Below are positions 20,306-29,914 of a stretch of 64,000 bases of DNA, in pieces (the first letter of the stretch is position 1; every line of letters starts with the position of its first letter). Position numbers and translations under genes: made by a program. This DNA is from an uncultured Victivallales bacterium (GTDB lineage: Bacteria; Verrucomicrobiota; Kiritimatiellia; UBA8416): NCBI GenBank assembly GCA_964609395.1, contig CAZSRU010000001.1, positions 7,324-71,323 on the forward strand, given 5' to 3'. The notes below the pieces were generated by a model. That model was not told where the DNA came from and searched no databases. It saw only the letters and a program-made list of their open reading frames with translations.

Positions 20306-21050
20306 TTTCTCCCGTACTACTGGGGCGAGGTAAGTCGCCCTCCTTGTTTCTGGCACGCTTCAGCAAGAATGTCACTTGCGGAGGGGGGCCATCGTGTCCA
20401 TCGTCAAGCATTCGGCAAAACCCAACAGCACGTATCCGATCGGTAGGAATAGGCCCTTTTACAATCAGATGTCTAGACAACCAGGCGGCACGCTGTGCTG
20501 CCAGTTTGCGATCGGCGGCAGGATTCCCCGTGTCGCCCCGGACTTCGATTACGATCCGATACTTTTTCATTGAATACAGCAGTGTCGCTGCCTGGTCAAG
20601 CGCGAATTGCGTATCACGGGTTACGCTCACGCGTCCGGGGTCAAACCGGATCTTTGAATAGATGCGTAAAGACTGTCTCGCATCCTCGAAATCGAAGCTC
20701 TTCACGTCGGCATCACTGAGCGTGAAACCATCGCGTTCACCATGTTTGTAGCCGACAAGCATGGCATCCTTGTTGTCTTCATTTGTATCCATGGTGCTTG
20801 CCGGCAGGGCTCTTATCGATCGCCAGAACTCCAATACGCCCGTGCCGCCGGCAATGCCGCCAAGGTTGCGGATCTTGCCTACGCCTTTCTTGTACTGGGA
20901 TGAGCGATTCTGCCCAAGGGATAGCATGATGATAAAAAAGGCCAGCAGAATCGTCATTAAAGAGGCAAATTGCCCCATATAGGCAGGAGCCTCAACGACC
21001 TTTGGGGGTTCTGGCGGATTTCTTTTCATTGCCATATCCCGGTCGGCCAT
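20292..21050 (-). CDS. MotB paralog with a full OmpA-like peptidoglycan-binding domain but lacking the conserved TM aspartate
   Basis: TM helix AYMGQFASLMTILLAFFII (Ser in place of the MotB proton-binding Asp); C-terminal OmpA motif (RKLAAQRAAWLSRHLI). Confidence 0.7.
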   Translation of the reverse strand: MADRDMAMKRNPPEPPKVVEAPAYMGQFASLMTILLAFFIIMLSLGQNRSSQYKKGVGKIRNLGGIAGGTGVLEFWRSIRALPASTMDTNEDNKDAMLVGYKHGERDGFTLSDADVKSFDFEDARQSLRIYSKIRFDPGRVSVTRDTQFALDQAATLLYSMKKYRIVIEVRGDTGNPAADRKLAAQRAAWLSRHLIVKGPIPTDRIRAVGFCRMLDDGHDGPPPQVTFLLKRARNKEGDLPRPSSTGENDHG

Positions 21051-21817
21051 TTATCGATGGTTCGCAGATCCGTCACCTTTCTCTCTCCCAGAATGGTGAT
21101 GAGTACTGCCTCCGTATTGGCCGTGCCATCCGTGCCGGCGATCTGCACACCCGTTCCGAAACGCTGTATATCGGCCTTCATGGCCGTTTGCATGGCGCCG
21201 GCCACGCTCTCGGCGCGTTCCACGCCCAGCCCCCATACTGAGCGAGATGTTTCGGAGTTGACGACCGTCTGCTGTGCAAGGACCGCCGTGATGAGAATGT
21301 CGTTGTCGTGACCGGCGAGCAATTTTGCAATGCCCTCCCATAGTCGATTTTCTTTCGGGTTCTCCCAATCTGCCGTTCCTTGAATGAACAGCGATTTGGT
21401 TTGCAGGATGATGGTGAGACCGTCTTCAATCATGCGGATGAGCACCCGGTCTGGCAAACCGTCGGGGTTGGTATTGCTGCTGGCACGGATTTCGACGATC
21501 ATCTGCGGCACCATTTCTGCCATTTCCTCGAGCGTCAGGAATCGGAGCGTCTGCTCTTCCCCCGGGGTTTGAGACAAGCCGTCGGCGTCCACTATCGGTG
21601 TGTCCTCCCTGATTAGAAACGGCTCTAATTGCTCGACCCCGCCGAGTGCGCCGCGCATGGCTCCGATCATGGGAGACAGTTTCTCGCTCTCCATGTCAGA
21701 AAAGGCAATCAGCATGACAAAGAAACAAACCAGAAGGGACATGCAGTCCCCGAAAGTCATCATCCATGCAGGACATCCCTTGGGCTTCGAAGAAGGTGGT
21801 GCTGCGCTACGTTTCAT
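21026..21817 (-). CDS. motB: Flagellar stator protein MotB (Asp-containing TM plug region; degenerate C-terminal PG-binding domain)
   Basis: PAWMMTFGDCMSLLVCFFVML matches MotB TM with the conserved Asp; follows motA. Confidence 0.8.
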   Translation of the reverse strand: MKRSAAPPSSKPKGCPAWMMTFGDCMSLLVCFFVMLIAFSDMESEKLSPMIGAMRGALGGVEQLEPFLIREDTPIVDADGLSQTPGEEQTLRFLTLEEMAEMVPQMIVEIRASSNTNPDGLPDRVLIRMIEDGLTIILQTKSLFIQGTADWENPKENRLWEGIAKLLAGHDNDILITAVLAQQTVVNSETSRSVWGLGVERAESVAGAMQTAMKADIQRFGTGVQIAGTDGTANTEAVLITILGERKVTDLRTIDKWPTGIWQ

Positions 21818-22578
21818 TCCGTTTCCGTAAGGGCGCGCAGGGCAGGCGGCATGTAGCTGCGCAACTTCTCTTGTGCCACACGCGGGCTGTCTCCCTGCTG
21901 GATCGAGAGGATTCCCTGCAGGACCATGCGCCGGATCGCGGCTTCCTCTTTTGTACGCTGTTCCAGTTTTCCCGCAATCGGCAAGGCGATCATATTCGCG
22001 ACCATGGCGCCGTACATCGTAGTGAGCAGGGCAACGGACATTCCCATTCCGATACTGCTCGGGTCATCAAGGTTGCGCAGCATTTGGATCAGGCCGATCA
22101 ACGTGCCGATCATGCCAAATGCTGGCGCATAGGACGCGATCGCCTGAAAAATGGCGTGACCAACCGCGTGACGCTCAAGCATCGAATCAATGTCTTGCGC
22201 GAGAACGGCCTCAATGATTTCCGCCGAGTTTCCGTCCACCCCCATCTGCAAGCCTTTTTTCAAGAACGGGTCAGTCAATGTCTCGACATCGCTTTCCAAG
22301 CCAAGTATGCCATCTCGCCGTGCCCGGACCGCGAAATCGGATAGCTGCTTGAACAGAGCTAATGAGTCCTTCTGGCTATTCATGAATGCTTTACGGACGA
22401 CGCCAAAAGTACCGATGATTTTCTTGGCAGGGAAATTCATGAGCGTGGCCGCGAATGCTCCGCCGACGGTGAGCATGATCGACGGAACGTCAATGAACCC
22501 CGATCCACCTCCCATAAGGATTGCACTGATCACCAGTACAAGTCCGAGTATGATTCCGATGATTGTTCCGATGTCCAT
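21814..22578 (-). CDS. motA: Flagellar stator protein MotA
   Basis: 254 aa four-TM MotA/TolQ/ExbB family; conserved C-terminal TM3-4 (GMIGTLIGLIQML). Confidence 0.9.
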   Translation of the reverse strand: MDIGTIIGIILGLVLVISAILMGGGSGFIDVPSIMLTVGGAFAATLMNFPAKKIIGTFGVVRKAFMNSQKDSLALFKQLSDFAVRARRDGILGLESDVETLTDPFLKKGLQMGVDGNSAEIIEAVLAQDIDSMLERHAVGHAIFQAIASYAPAFGMIGTLIGLIQMLRNLDDPSSIGMGMSVALLTTMYGAMVANMIALPIAGKLEQRTKEEAAIRRMVLQGILSIQQGDSPRVAQEKLRSYMPPALRALTETE

Positions 22579-22583
22579 GGTTC

Positions 22584-22817
22584 CTATTCCTTCTCATCCG
22601 CGGGCGGGGGCTCGGTTAACCATGCCGTTGGCCGCGAACAACCTGTACGTATACGGAATGCCACAATACGTTCGACCACCTCATCCGGGGTCTCCGAGAC
22701 AAACAACCGGTGGCCGTTAATGAAAACGAGCTGTGTATCCGGCGTGATCTCGATCCGTTCAAGTAGGTCGGGATTCACGTAACAAACGCGCCCATGCAGG
22801 TCCGAACAGGTTATCAT
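22584..22817 (-). CDS. flbD: Flagellar protein FlbD
   Basis: 77 aa; CYVNPDLLERIEITPDTQLVFINGHRLFVSETPDEVVERI matches the FlbD family; located flgE-flbD-motA as in Bacillus and spirochetes. Confidence 0.8.
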   Translation of the reverse strand: MITCSDLHGRVCYVNPDLLERIEITPDTQLVFINGHRLFVSETPDEVVERIVAFRIRTGCSRPTAWLTEPPPADEKE

Positions 22818-22898
22818 CGTTGTTGCCTCCGTATCCTTGCTGCCTAAGCCAAGGTGCCTCTGTGGATAATCAATTCGGCATTATTCTAGCCAGTCGGA

Positions 22899-23747
22899 CT
22901 AACGTTTCAATGTTAATAATTCCTGCAGCATTTCGTCCGAAGTGGATATGGTTCGCGAATTGGCCTGGAATCCACGCTGCGTGACGATCATGTCGGTGAA
23001 TTCCTGTGCCAAGTCGACGTTGGAATTCTCGATATAACCCTGAAGGATCTGGCCGATTCCGTCGCCGCCCGGATTGGCAAATGGGCGGATCGTTGCAGCA
23101 TCAGTGGCTGTGTAAAGATTGCTGCCGACGGCCTGCAATCCATTCGGGTTGTCAAACTCGGCTACGGCAACGCGTCCTGCCACCTGTGCCTCCGCTCCGG
23201 CGACCGATACGTACAAGGTACCGTCCAGGGCGATGTTGAATGAGGACGTGTTGGGTGGCAGAACGATGTCCCCGAGAGCAGCCTGTGTCAGCCCGGTCAT
23301 GTCGGGCGCGGGGTCGCCAAGATTTGCCGTCATGACGCCTTGCAGCCGTTTGCCGTCGGGATTGACGAGAAAGGACTGACCGGCATCGACATCAAGCGTA
23401 AAATCGCCAGCACGCGTGAAACGCTGCTGATTCGCCGCGCCGCCAACATCATTGACAACAAAGAACCCATTGCCGGATAGGCCGAGATTTGTTGAAATAC
23501 CCGTTTGCATCAGAGCTCCACCACCGAAGTCACGGCTGATGGCGCTGAGCTGGGTCCCGAGGCCAACCTGCATGCCCGGCGATCCCGGCGATGCCCCCCG
23601 CAGGGTGGTCACATATGCTTCCTTGAATGTGACGTTGCTTTGCTTGTAGCCGGTGGTGTTGACATTAGCTATATCGTTGCCAATCACGTTCATGCGAATC
23701 TGATGGGTTTTCAACCCTGAAATGCCACTGGACATTGACGGGATCAT
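22899..23747 (-). CDS. flgE: Flagellar hook protein FlgE (short form)
   Basis: Rod/hook N-terminal (SGLKTHQIRMNVIGNDIANVNTTGYK) and C-terminal (TDMIVTQRGFQANSRTI) domains; follows flgD. Confidence 0.8.
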   Translation of the reverse strand: MIPSMSSGISGLKTHQIRMNVIGNDIANVNTTGYKQSNVTFKEAYVTTLRGASPGSPGMQVGLGTQLSAISRDFGGGALMQTGISTNLGLSGNGFFVVNDVGGAANQQRFTRAGDFTLDVDAGQSFLVNPDGKRLQGVMTANLGDPAPDMTGLTQAALGDIVLPPNTSSFNIALDGTLYVSVAGAEAQVAGRVAVAEFDNPNGLQAVGSNLYTATDAATIRPFANPGGDGIGQILQGYIENSNVDLAQEFTDMIVTQRGFQANSRTISTSDEMLQELLTLKR

Positions 23748-23807
23748 AACGTTTACTCCTTGGTTTGTGTGTTAGTGCTGTCTCGGAAAACGGGCGGCGG
23801 TCATCGA

Positions 23808-24374
23808 TCAATACGGGATGAGGGAATTGTACCATGACGGTGTGTCGCTGTCGGTGCTATCCGCCGGCCAAAGGCTTGGGTTTTCATCCGGTACGGTTAC
23901 GGCATTCTGTACATCTCCTGCAAGCAGGCGCATGCCGCTCAAGTTTGCCGTCGGGTATGTCTGGCCATTGATCTGCAGGATCATATCGCCATCCTGCCAG
24001 GTCATGCTCTCTACAACCCCTTTCACCTGCGTGCCGTTATTCAAGGTGAGTTCCACGTTCTGATCCTGTAGTAGCATGGCATCCACAAGTCCGCTGGATT
24101 TGCGCATGGCTTCGATCTGTCCGTTTAAATTCTGCATTTGTTCCAGTGCGCTGAATTGGGCCAGTTGTGCAATGCTTTCCGAGCTGTCCATGGGATTGAG
24201 CGGATCTTGTGAGGATAGTTGCGTGACCAGCAGATTCAAGAACTCGTTTTTCCCCAGGCTGCCGCCCGGGGTTGCGTCTTGCTTGCCGACCGCGCTCAAG
24301 GCGGCTTCGATCGCCGTGGCGTCTGATCCAGCAGGAGCCCAGTCCGCAGATGCTACTCCTTCGATTGCATTCAT
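23808..24374 (-). CDS. flgD: Hook capping protein FlgD
   Basis: LGKNEFLNLLVTQLSSQDPLNPMDSSESIAQLAQFS is the FlgD N-domain signature. Confidence 0.85.
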   Translation of the reverse strand: MNAIEGVASADWAPAGSDATAIEAALSAVGKQDATPGGSLGKNEFLNLLVTQLSSQDPLNPMDSSESIAQLAQFSALEQMQNLNGQIEAMRKSSGLVDAMLLQDQNVELTLNNGTQVKGVVESMTWQDGDMILQINGQTYPTANLSGMRLLAGDVQNAVTVPDENPSLWPADSTDSDTPSWYNSLIPY

Positions 24375-24389
24375 TGTGTTTCTCCTTTT

Positions 24390-25802
24390 TTAGGCTACCC
24401 AGCGATTACGTTCCCAGGATGCCAGGCGTCTTGCCGGTGCCGGGGATGCTGCGAGTTGTGGTGGCTGGACATGCAGTCGTCCAAATGTGTTGGGTGTGTC
24501 AGCGTTTTGCTGGTCGGTTGGCCGCCCGTCCCTGTCCTGGCAGGAAACGGAAAACTGCCCTACCTGCACACCTTGTGATGCGAGGGATGCCCGAAGATCG
24601 GCTTCTTGCCCCACGAGTAGGGCGTGAACGGCCTCGCCTTGCACGGAAAGTTCAATTGACAGGCCTCCGGGCGTCTCCTTGCATTGAAGGACGAGTTTGC
24701 CCAATGCCGCCGGTTCGAGCTCAATCCGTAGCCGCTGGTCGTCGGAGCGCATCGTTCGTAGCGTCAGATGATCGAACTGTTCGATAAAACGCTTGATGTC
24801 CATCGTCGCGGCCGGTGACTCCAGCGCGGTTGGTGTGGGGGATGGGGATACGCGAGCGGCGCTATCCGTTTGCAGCGTGTTCGCCGCAGCCGTCAATGAA
24901 TTTGTCGCGTCGCCTTCAGGGATGCCGGGTTGAGGCCTAAGTGCCGCGTGTTTCCCGGGCGACTGTTGGTTGTTGTCTCGCTCTTCGCGTTGCGGGTCGT
25001 CTGGCATGCCGGCAGGTAGTGACGCCACCAGCTCTGCCCGTGCGTCAGGGGCTTCTGTTGCCACGGGGGGCGCGGATGGTGGCAGTGGCTGCGCTTTCGT
25101 CTCGTCTTGGCTAGGCTCCGTTGCCGCCTGTGATGGCGGTATGGAAACAGGCGGGGCGTCTGTGGCAATGCCGATCGGATCGATTGGCGTGGTGTCCGTC
25201 TGATCGGTCTGATCCGTCCGATCCGTCTGATCGGCCTGCTCCGTCTGCCCGGTCAGATCCGTCTGATCGGCCTGTTCCGTCTGCCCGGTCTGATCCGTCC
25301 GATCCGTCAGATTGGTCTGCCCCGGCTGGCCTGGTTCCGTCATCACGAGCGTTTCCGGGAGTGCTGGCCCCGTTGGCTGCCCCACCGTTGCCGAGGGCGC
25401 ATCCGCTATGCGCTCAGTCTCGCCAGCATCTGTCGGCGTATGGCCGGTATAGGCAAAGAAAGCGACCGATACCCAATCGATATGTGCCTCGTCAATCCCG
25501 GGATGTGCCTCGTCAATCTCGTGAACCGTATCTGCCGTCTCTGTTTCGGGTGCTATTGCCGGCAATCCGCTCCGCGCTGATTCCTCGGTCTGGTCTTGCG
25601 TTTCAGTCTGGGTATATGCTTCGAGCTGCGCTGCAAAGCAGCCACTTTCAAATGCCGATTGGCGCGTCCTGTCATTCCCTTCCCGTCTTGTGGCAGGCTG
25701 GCTTTGGCTGTCTGGCGCGTCCTCTCGCCATACACATTCGTGTTCCTTTGACTGGCGGGAGTCGCGTGCTTTTGAAGCCAGGATGATATCGATGGTGTTC
25801 AT
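24390..25802 (-). CDS. fliK: Hook-length control protein FliK (with acidic tandem-repeat linker)
   Basis: C-terminal FliK domain (LRIELEPAALGKLVLQCK...LSIELSVQGEAVHALL); long Pro/Gln/Thr/Asp low-complexity region. Confidence 0.8.
   Translation of the reverse strand: MNTIDIILASKARDSRQSKEHECVWREDAPDSQSQPATRREGNDRTRQSAFESGCFAAQLEAYTQTETQDQTEESARSGLPAIAPETETADTVHEIDEAHPGIDEAHIDWVSVAFFAYTGHTPTDAGETERIADAPSATVGQPTGPALPETLVMTEPGQPGQTNLTDRTDQTGQTEQADQTDLTGQTEQADQTDRTDQTDQTDTTPIDPIGIATDAPPVSIPPSQAATEPSQDETKAQPLPPSAPPVATEAPDARAELVASLPAGMPDDPQREERDNNQQSPGKHAALRPQPGIPEGDATNSLTAAANTLQTDSAARVSPSPTPTALESPAATMDIKRFIEQFDHLTLRTMRSDDQRLRIELEPAALGKLVLQCKETPGGLSIELSVQGEAVHALLVGQEADLRASLASQGVQVGQFSVSCQDRDGRPTDQQNADTPNTFGRLHVQPPQLAASPAPARRLASWERNRWVA
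25190..25330. repeat. In-frame tandem repeat inside fliK (6-nt and ~40-nt periodicity; encodes QTDQTD/QTEQADQTD repeats)
   Basis: Visible repeats gatccgtctgatcggcctg(c/t)tccgtctgcccggtc duplicated. Confidence 0.7.
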
Positions 25803-26431
25803 TGTTGTCTTGCCTGATTACTGCTGGTGCCAGCCTTCTCGTCTTTCTGTTTACGAATGAGATCACTCCAGGCTACAGCATGTTCGATGCCATTGTCGCC
25901 CAGCGCGACGGCGGCATCCATAATGGCCCCCGCCTGGCGGTCTGCCAGATTGTATAGAATGCGTGCCGCCTGATCATTTTCCATTTCAGTAAGCAGTCTG
26001 GCGGCATTCTGTGCATCCATTTTGGCGTAGAATTCAGCCAGTTTCCGGGTATTTATCTTCTCTGCTTCATCAAAGGCCTTGAAATGCTTCTCCAGCGCTT
26101 GCTCAGCCGATGTAAGCTCATCGCGCATCCGCTGTAATAGAATTTCCTCCTGGCGGACACGGGCCTCACGATTGTCGAGTTGCTCTTTTTGCCGATTCAT
26201 TGCCTCCTGACGGGCACGAATTTCCTCCAGCAGAACGTCGACCGCCTGGCTTTGTTCGGAAAATATGCTTGATCGCGAGTCGCGAGATTGAGCCTTTGCG
26301 GCCTCTTCCACGTCGGGGTCGGTTTTCGAGGAATCCGCGTCAGCGCTCAGGCGTCCTGTTGCGTAGATGGTTGCGAGCATGCTTAGGGCGGCGGCGCAGA
26401 GCATGCAAACAAAAACAAACAGACCTTTCAT
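25799..26431 (-). CDS. MgtE-N-like flagellar protein (YlxF/FlbB-position protein between fliJ and fliK)
   Basis: Signal/TM N-terminus, coiled coil, C-terminal motif ARLLTEMENDQAARILYNLADRQAGAIMDA typical of the MgtE_N/MotE family. Confidence 0.6.
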   Translation of the reverse strand: MKGLFVFVCMLCAAALSMLATIYATGRLSADADSSKTDPDVEEAAKAQSRDSRSSIFSEQSQAVDVLLEEIRARQEAMNRQKEQLDNREARVRQEEILLQRMRDELTSAEQALEKHFKAFDEAEKINTRKLAEFYAKMDAQNAARLLTEMENDQAARILYNLADRQAGAIMDAAVALGDNGIEHAVAWSDLIRKQKDEKAGTSSNQARQQ

Positions 26432-26931
26432 ATGTGTATCTCCTGATGCGTCACGCGACCGTCTCTAGAGATGACGGCGTGGGAATCCTTCCGTCTTGAA
26501 TAGGCAATGCACGCCTGTTCATCCTGGATGTTCTGCTCGAGCTTGCCGATTTTCTCAAGCCAGGCCTGGCGTTCACGCTTGGAGAGGCTCTCCATAACCT
26601 TTTTCTCGATCAGTGCTTTTTTCAGATCCTCGCGTCGCTTGGTAACGGTTACGATCTGTCTGCTGACTGCATGTATCGCGTGATCGAGACGATCCGTGAG
26701 ATGATGTTTCCACGCCAGTTGCAAGCGGTGTTCGCCGGCTGAAAGGGTTGTCTTTGTCGTGACTTCCAATTGCGCCGATGTGCATTGGTGAAGTACCTGC
26801 TGGCAGTTCTCCTGCTCGCCACGGAATGCGGCCAGTTCACGCTCTGACTGCGCCAGTTGGGTCTCGCAGCGGCTCGTCGCGGCTTCGCGTGCATCAAGGA
26901 CACGTTGTAAACGATAGGTGAACGCCTTCAT
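26428..26931 (-). CDS. fliJ: Flagellar export chaperone/stalk protein FliJ
   Basis: 167 aa coiled-coil; N-terminus FTYRLQRVLDAREA; follows fliI. Confidence 0.75.
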   Translation of the reverse strand: MKAFTYRLQRVLDAREAATSRCETQLAQSERELAAFRGEQENCQQVLHQCTSAQLEVTTKTTLSAGEHRLQLAWKHHLTDRLDHAIHAVSRQIVTVTKRREDLKKALIEKKVMESLSKRERQAWLEKIGKLEQNIQDEQACIAYSRRKDSHAVISRDGRVTHQEIHI

Positions 26932-28250
26932 CGCAGCGCCTCCTCAAGTCGGGTCAGCATCGTTTCCGGTGTCGATAGCTCCTCCGGACGCTGGCGCAGG
27001 AATGCATTGATCGAGTCAATCTTTTTCAACGACTCGTCAATCTTGGGGTTTGATCCGGATACGTAGGCGCCGACATTAACCAGGTCCTCCGCCTTGCGGT
27101 AGACAGACAGTAATTCGCGCAGGCGTCCAGCCAGTTCTGCTTGCCGGGGGGGCACAACATCGCTCATCAGGCGGCTGATGCTTTTTAGCACATCGATAGC
27201 CGGGTAATGGTTCATTTCGGCGATTTCGCGGGACAGCACAATGTGGCCGTCAAGAATCGAGCGAACGCTGTCGGCAATCGGGTCGTTCATGTCATCGCCT
27301 TCAACCAGTACGGAAAAGAATGCCGTGATGGTTCCCTTTGGCGACGTGCCTGGACGCTCCAGCAGGCGAGCCAGCAGCCCGAAAACGCTGGGCGGGTAGC
27401 CCCGCGTGGCTGGCGGCTCGCCAACCGCCAGTCCGATTTCCCGCTGTGCCATGGCGTAGCGTGTGACCGAATCCATCATCAACAGCACATCGTCACCGCG
27501 ATCGCGGAAGTACTCCGCGATCGCCATCGCCGTCGCGGCCCCCGTCCTTCTTAGCAGCGGCGACTGATCGGATGTCACCGCCACGACGACCGATTTCTGT
27601 AGGCCATCCCCCAGGTTTTTTTCGATGAAGTCGCGCACTTCACGCCCGCGTTCGCCAATCAACGCAATGACATTAACCGATGCGCACGAATGCCTGGCCA
27701 GCGATCCGAGCAGGACGCTTTTCCCAACGCCACTGCCGGCAAAGATACCGATGCGTTGTCCTTTCGCGCACGTAAGGGTGCTGTCAATCGCGCGGACTCC
27801 CGTATGAAAAATCTTGTTTATGCGGGTGCGTTCGAGAGGGGATGGCGGGAGACGATCAATTTCAATGCTGCTGGTGTTCACTGGAGGAGGCAGTCCATCG
27901 AGAGGATTACCCAAACCGTCGACGACGCGGCCCAGCAGGCTGGGGCCAGCCGCGATGCGCATGGCACCCGCCGGTAGCACGCGGTCACCGGGGCGGATTC
28001 CGGCGACATATTCGATCGGCATCAGGATGACTGACCGTTCATGGAAGCCGACGACTTCGGACGGAATTCGCGTGCGTGCTTCCGGCGGCCCAGTCTCGAT
28101 CCACGCCAGATCGCCAACCGAAACACGGGGACCGGTGGATTCAACGGTTAACCCGATGACGCGCGTGACCCGTCCTTCGGATCGCGTCCAACTGCGCTTC
28201 GGCAGCCGATCCATGCGCGAGAGCAGATCAATCTGGATATCGGTCTTCAC
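26928..28250 (-). CDS. fliI: Flagellum-specific ATPase FliI
   Basis: Walker A GIFAGSGVGKS, Walker B LLMMDSVTR; F1-ATPase beta-like. Confidence 0.95.
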   Translation of the reverse strand: MKTDIQIDLLSRMDRLPKRSWTRSEGRVTRVIGLTVESTGPRVSVGDLAWIETGPPEARTRIPSEVVGFHERSVILMPIEYVAGIRPGDRVLPAGAMRIAAGPSLLGRVVDGLGNPLDGLPPPVNTSSIEIDRLPPSPLERTRINKIFHTGVRAIDSTLTCAKGQRIGIFAGSGVGKSVLLGSLARHSCASVNVIALIGERGREVRDFIEKNLGDGLQKSVVVAVTSDQSPLLRRTGAATAMAIAEYFRDRGDDVLLMMDSVTRYAMAQREIGLAVGEPPATRGYPPSVFGLLARLLERPGTSPKGTITAFFSVLVEGDDMNDPIADSVRSILDGHIVLSREIAEMNHYPAIDVLKSISRLMSDVVPPRQAELAGRLRELLSVYRKAEDLVNVGAYVSGSNPKIDESLKKIDSINAFLRQRPEELSTPETMLTRLEEALR

Positions 28251-28909
28251 TTGCTTTTATCCGTGCCGGTACTATTGGTTTGAAGATGCTTCTCGGGGGA
28301 GGAAAGTGTTTCGCGCAGGACTTCAAGCCGTTCGCGCAGGCGACCGTCGAAAATGCCGTTGCGACTTTCGATCACCACGTCACCGGGACTAAGCGTGCTG
28401 TCGCACACCCACTCGATAGGCCCTTTGCGCGCTGGGGAAAGCTCACCGGTCTGTCCGAACTGGACATCCCCGGACGCCAGTCGTATTCGCATTCCCTGAA
28501 GGTCAGAGATGGGGGCCAGCGTTTCTTCGATCACGTCGCGCAGCATGGCTCTGTCGGGCAATTGGTGTTGCAGGATGATTTCGGCGACCCGGATGGACAT
28601 GTCGATCAAGTGTTTCTGGATATCGGCCTGAAGGGCGCTGATGGCTTTACCCCATTTTTGCTCCAAAAGTTCCCAACGCTTCCGTTCTGCTTCCTTGATG
28701 ACCTGGATTTCCTGCCGTACCATTTCGCCAGCAAGCTTCTTCGCCTGCTGTTCGATCCTGTCTTTATCTGGAATCGCCGGGGCTTGCTCGCGATGCTCTG
28801 TGACGACACAACCGCGGGAACGGATGCCCGGAGCGTAGGCGTGAGGAATGCTTGAGCTAAACGTATTCATTTGCCGCTCCCTCTTGAATGCTGATCTCGC
28901 CCTGTCCAT
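28247..28909 (-). CDS. fliH: Flagellar assembly protein FliH
   Basis: Position between fliG and fliI; coiled-coil plus FliH C-domain. Confidence 0.75.
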   Translation of the reverse strand: MDRARSAFKRERQMNTFSSSIPHAYAPGIRSRGCVVTEHREQAPAIPDKDRIEQQAKKLAGEMVRQEIQVIKEAERKRWELLEQKWGKAISALQADIQKHLIDMSIRVAEIILQHQLPDRAMLRDVIEETLAPISDLQGMRIRLASGDVQFGQTGELSPARKGPIEWVCDSTLSPGDVVIESRNGIFDGRLRERLEVLRETLSSPEKHLQTNSTGTDKSK

Positions 28910-29873
28910 CCAGTTCCCGGATCAGATTGATGATTTCCTTCTGCTTGGCCTCGACATCGGAAAGTTTGGTTTTGGGGGCAAACTGCATGTCTTCCTTTAA
29001 ACCTTCCACGGCGCGCTTGGACATATTGGAGAAGAATTTCTCGCGGACGTCGATCGGCGCGTTGCGCAAGGCGAGAGCCAGTGCTCCCATATCGATCTCC
29101 TGCATGATGCGCCGCATGTCGGCATCACTGAGTCTGACAATGTCCTCAAAGCTGAATAGCCGATCGCGCAGATCGGTGCCAAGCTGTGGCGACTGTTCGT
29201 CAATCGTCTGTAGAATCGCTTCGACCAACCCATGGTCGAGTGCCTGTAGTATGCTTGATGCCCGCTCAATGATGTCGCCGGTATTGGCTTTTTCGGTCTT
29301 CTTGCTTTTTCCGATGCGGGTTTCAATGTATTCGGCCGCGCGTGCGACGACCGCTTCCGATGGCGGTTTGCCGGTACACAGGATAAACATTACTTTTTTG
29401 CTGACTTCGTGGGGGATGAGGTTTAGCACCTCTGCCGCTAATTCCGGTTCCAGGTAGCGCATCACCATGGCGATTATATTGGGTTGTTCACGGCCAAGAA
29501 TGGAAAGAATCTGGTCGGCTCCCATTTCTGACAGCTTTGCGAAGGCATTGGTACCGACCGGGGCGTCCTGCAGCAGGGCGGTGGCCCGCTTTTCGCCGAT
29601 GGCCCGGGTCAGGAGGCTTGTCGCCATTTGTTCATCCCCGCGGATGGTGCCGTTCGAACTGGTGATGCCATGCAGGCAATCGGCCACCACGCGCTGGCGT
29701 ACTTCATTCGGAACAACGCCCAGTTGGCGGATGGCTTCCGCAACGCGCGTGAGCGTCCCCGGGTTCAACTGCTGTAGAATGGTCGCGGCAGAAGCCTCGT
29801 TCAAGCTAGCCAGCAGGATGGCCACTTTCTGCTCTTCGCTTAAATGCGTGTCAAGGGTGATTGTACCGCTCAT
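28857..29873 (-). CDS. fliG: Flagellar motor switch protein FliG
   Basis: 338 aa; conserved FliG middle and C-terminal torque helix region (charged motif near the C-terminus). Confidence 0.9.
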   Translation of the reverse strand: MSGTITLDTHLSEEQKVAILLASLNEASAATILQQLNPGTLTRVAEAIRQLGVVPNEVRQRVVADCLHGITSSNGTIRGDEQMATSLLTRAIGEKRATALLQDAPVGTNAFAKLSEMGADQILSILGREQPNIIAMVMRYLEPELAAEVLNLIPHEVSKKVMFILCTGKPPSEAVVARAAEYIETRIGKSKKTEKANTGDIIERASSILQALDHGLVEAILQTIDEQSPQLGTDLRDRLFSFEDIVRLSDADMRRIMQEIDMGALALALRNAPIDVREKFFSNMSKRAVEGLKEDMQFAPKTKLSDVEAKQKEIINLIRELDGQGEISIQEGAANEYV

Positions 29874-29914
29874 AACCGTCTCTCTTATTGCTTAATAACG
29901 ATCTTTGGCCTCGG

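Noticed and set aside
25190-25330. Tandem repeats in fliK considered as a CRISPR or minisatellite
   Set aside because: The repeats are in frame, inside a clear FliK ORF, with 6- and ~40-nt periodicity and no spacer structure; this is coding low-complexity sequence
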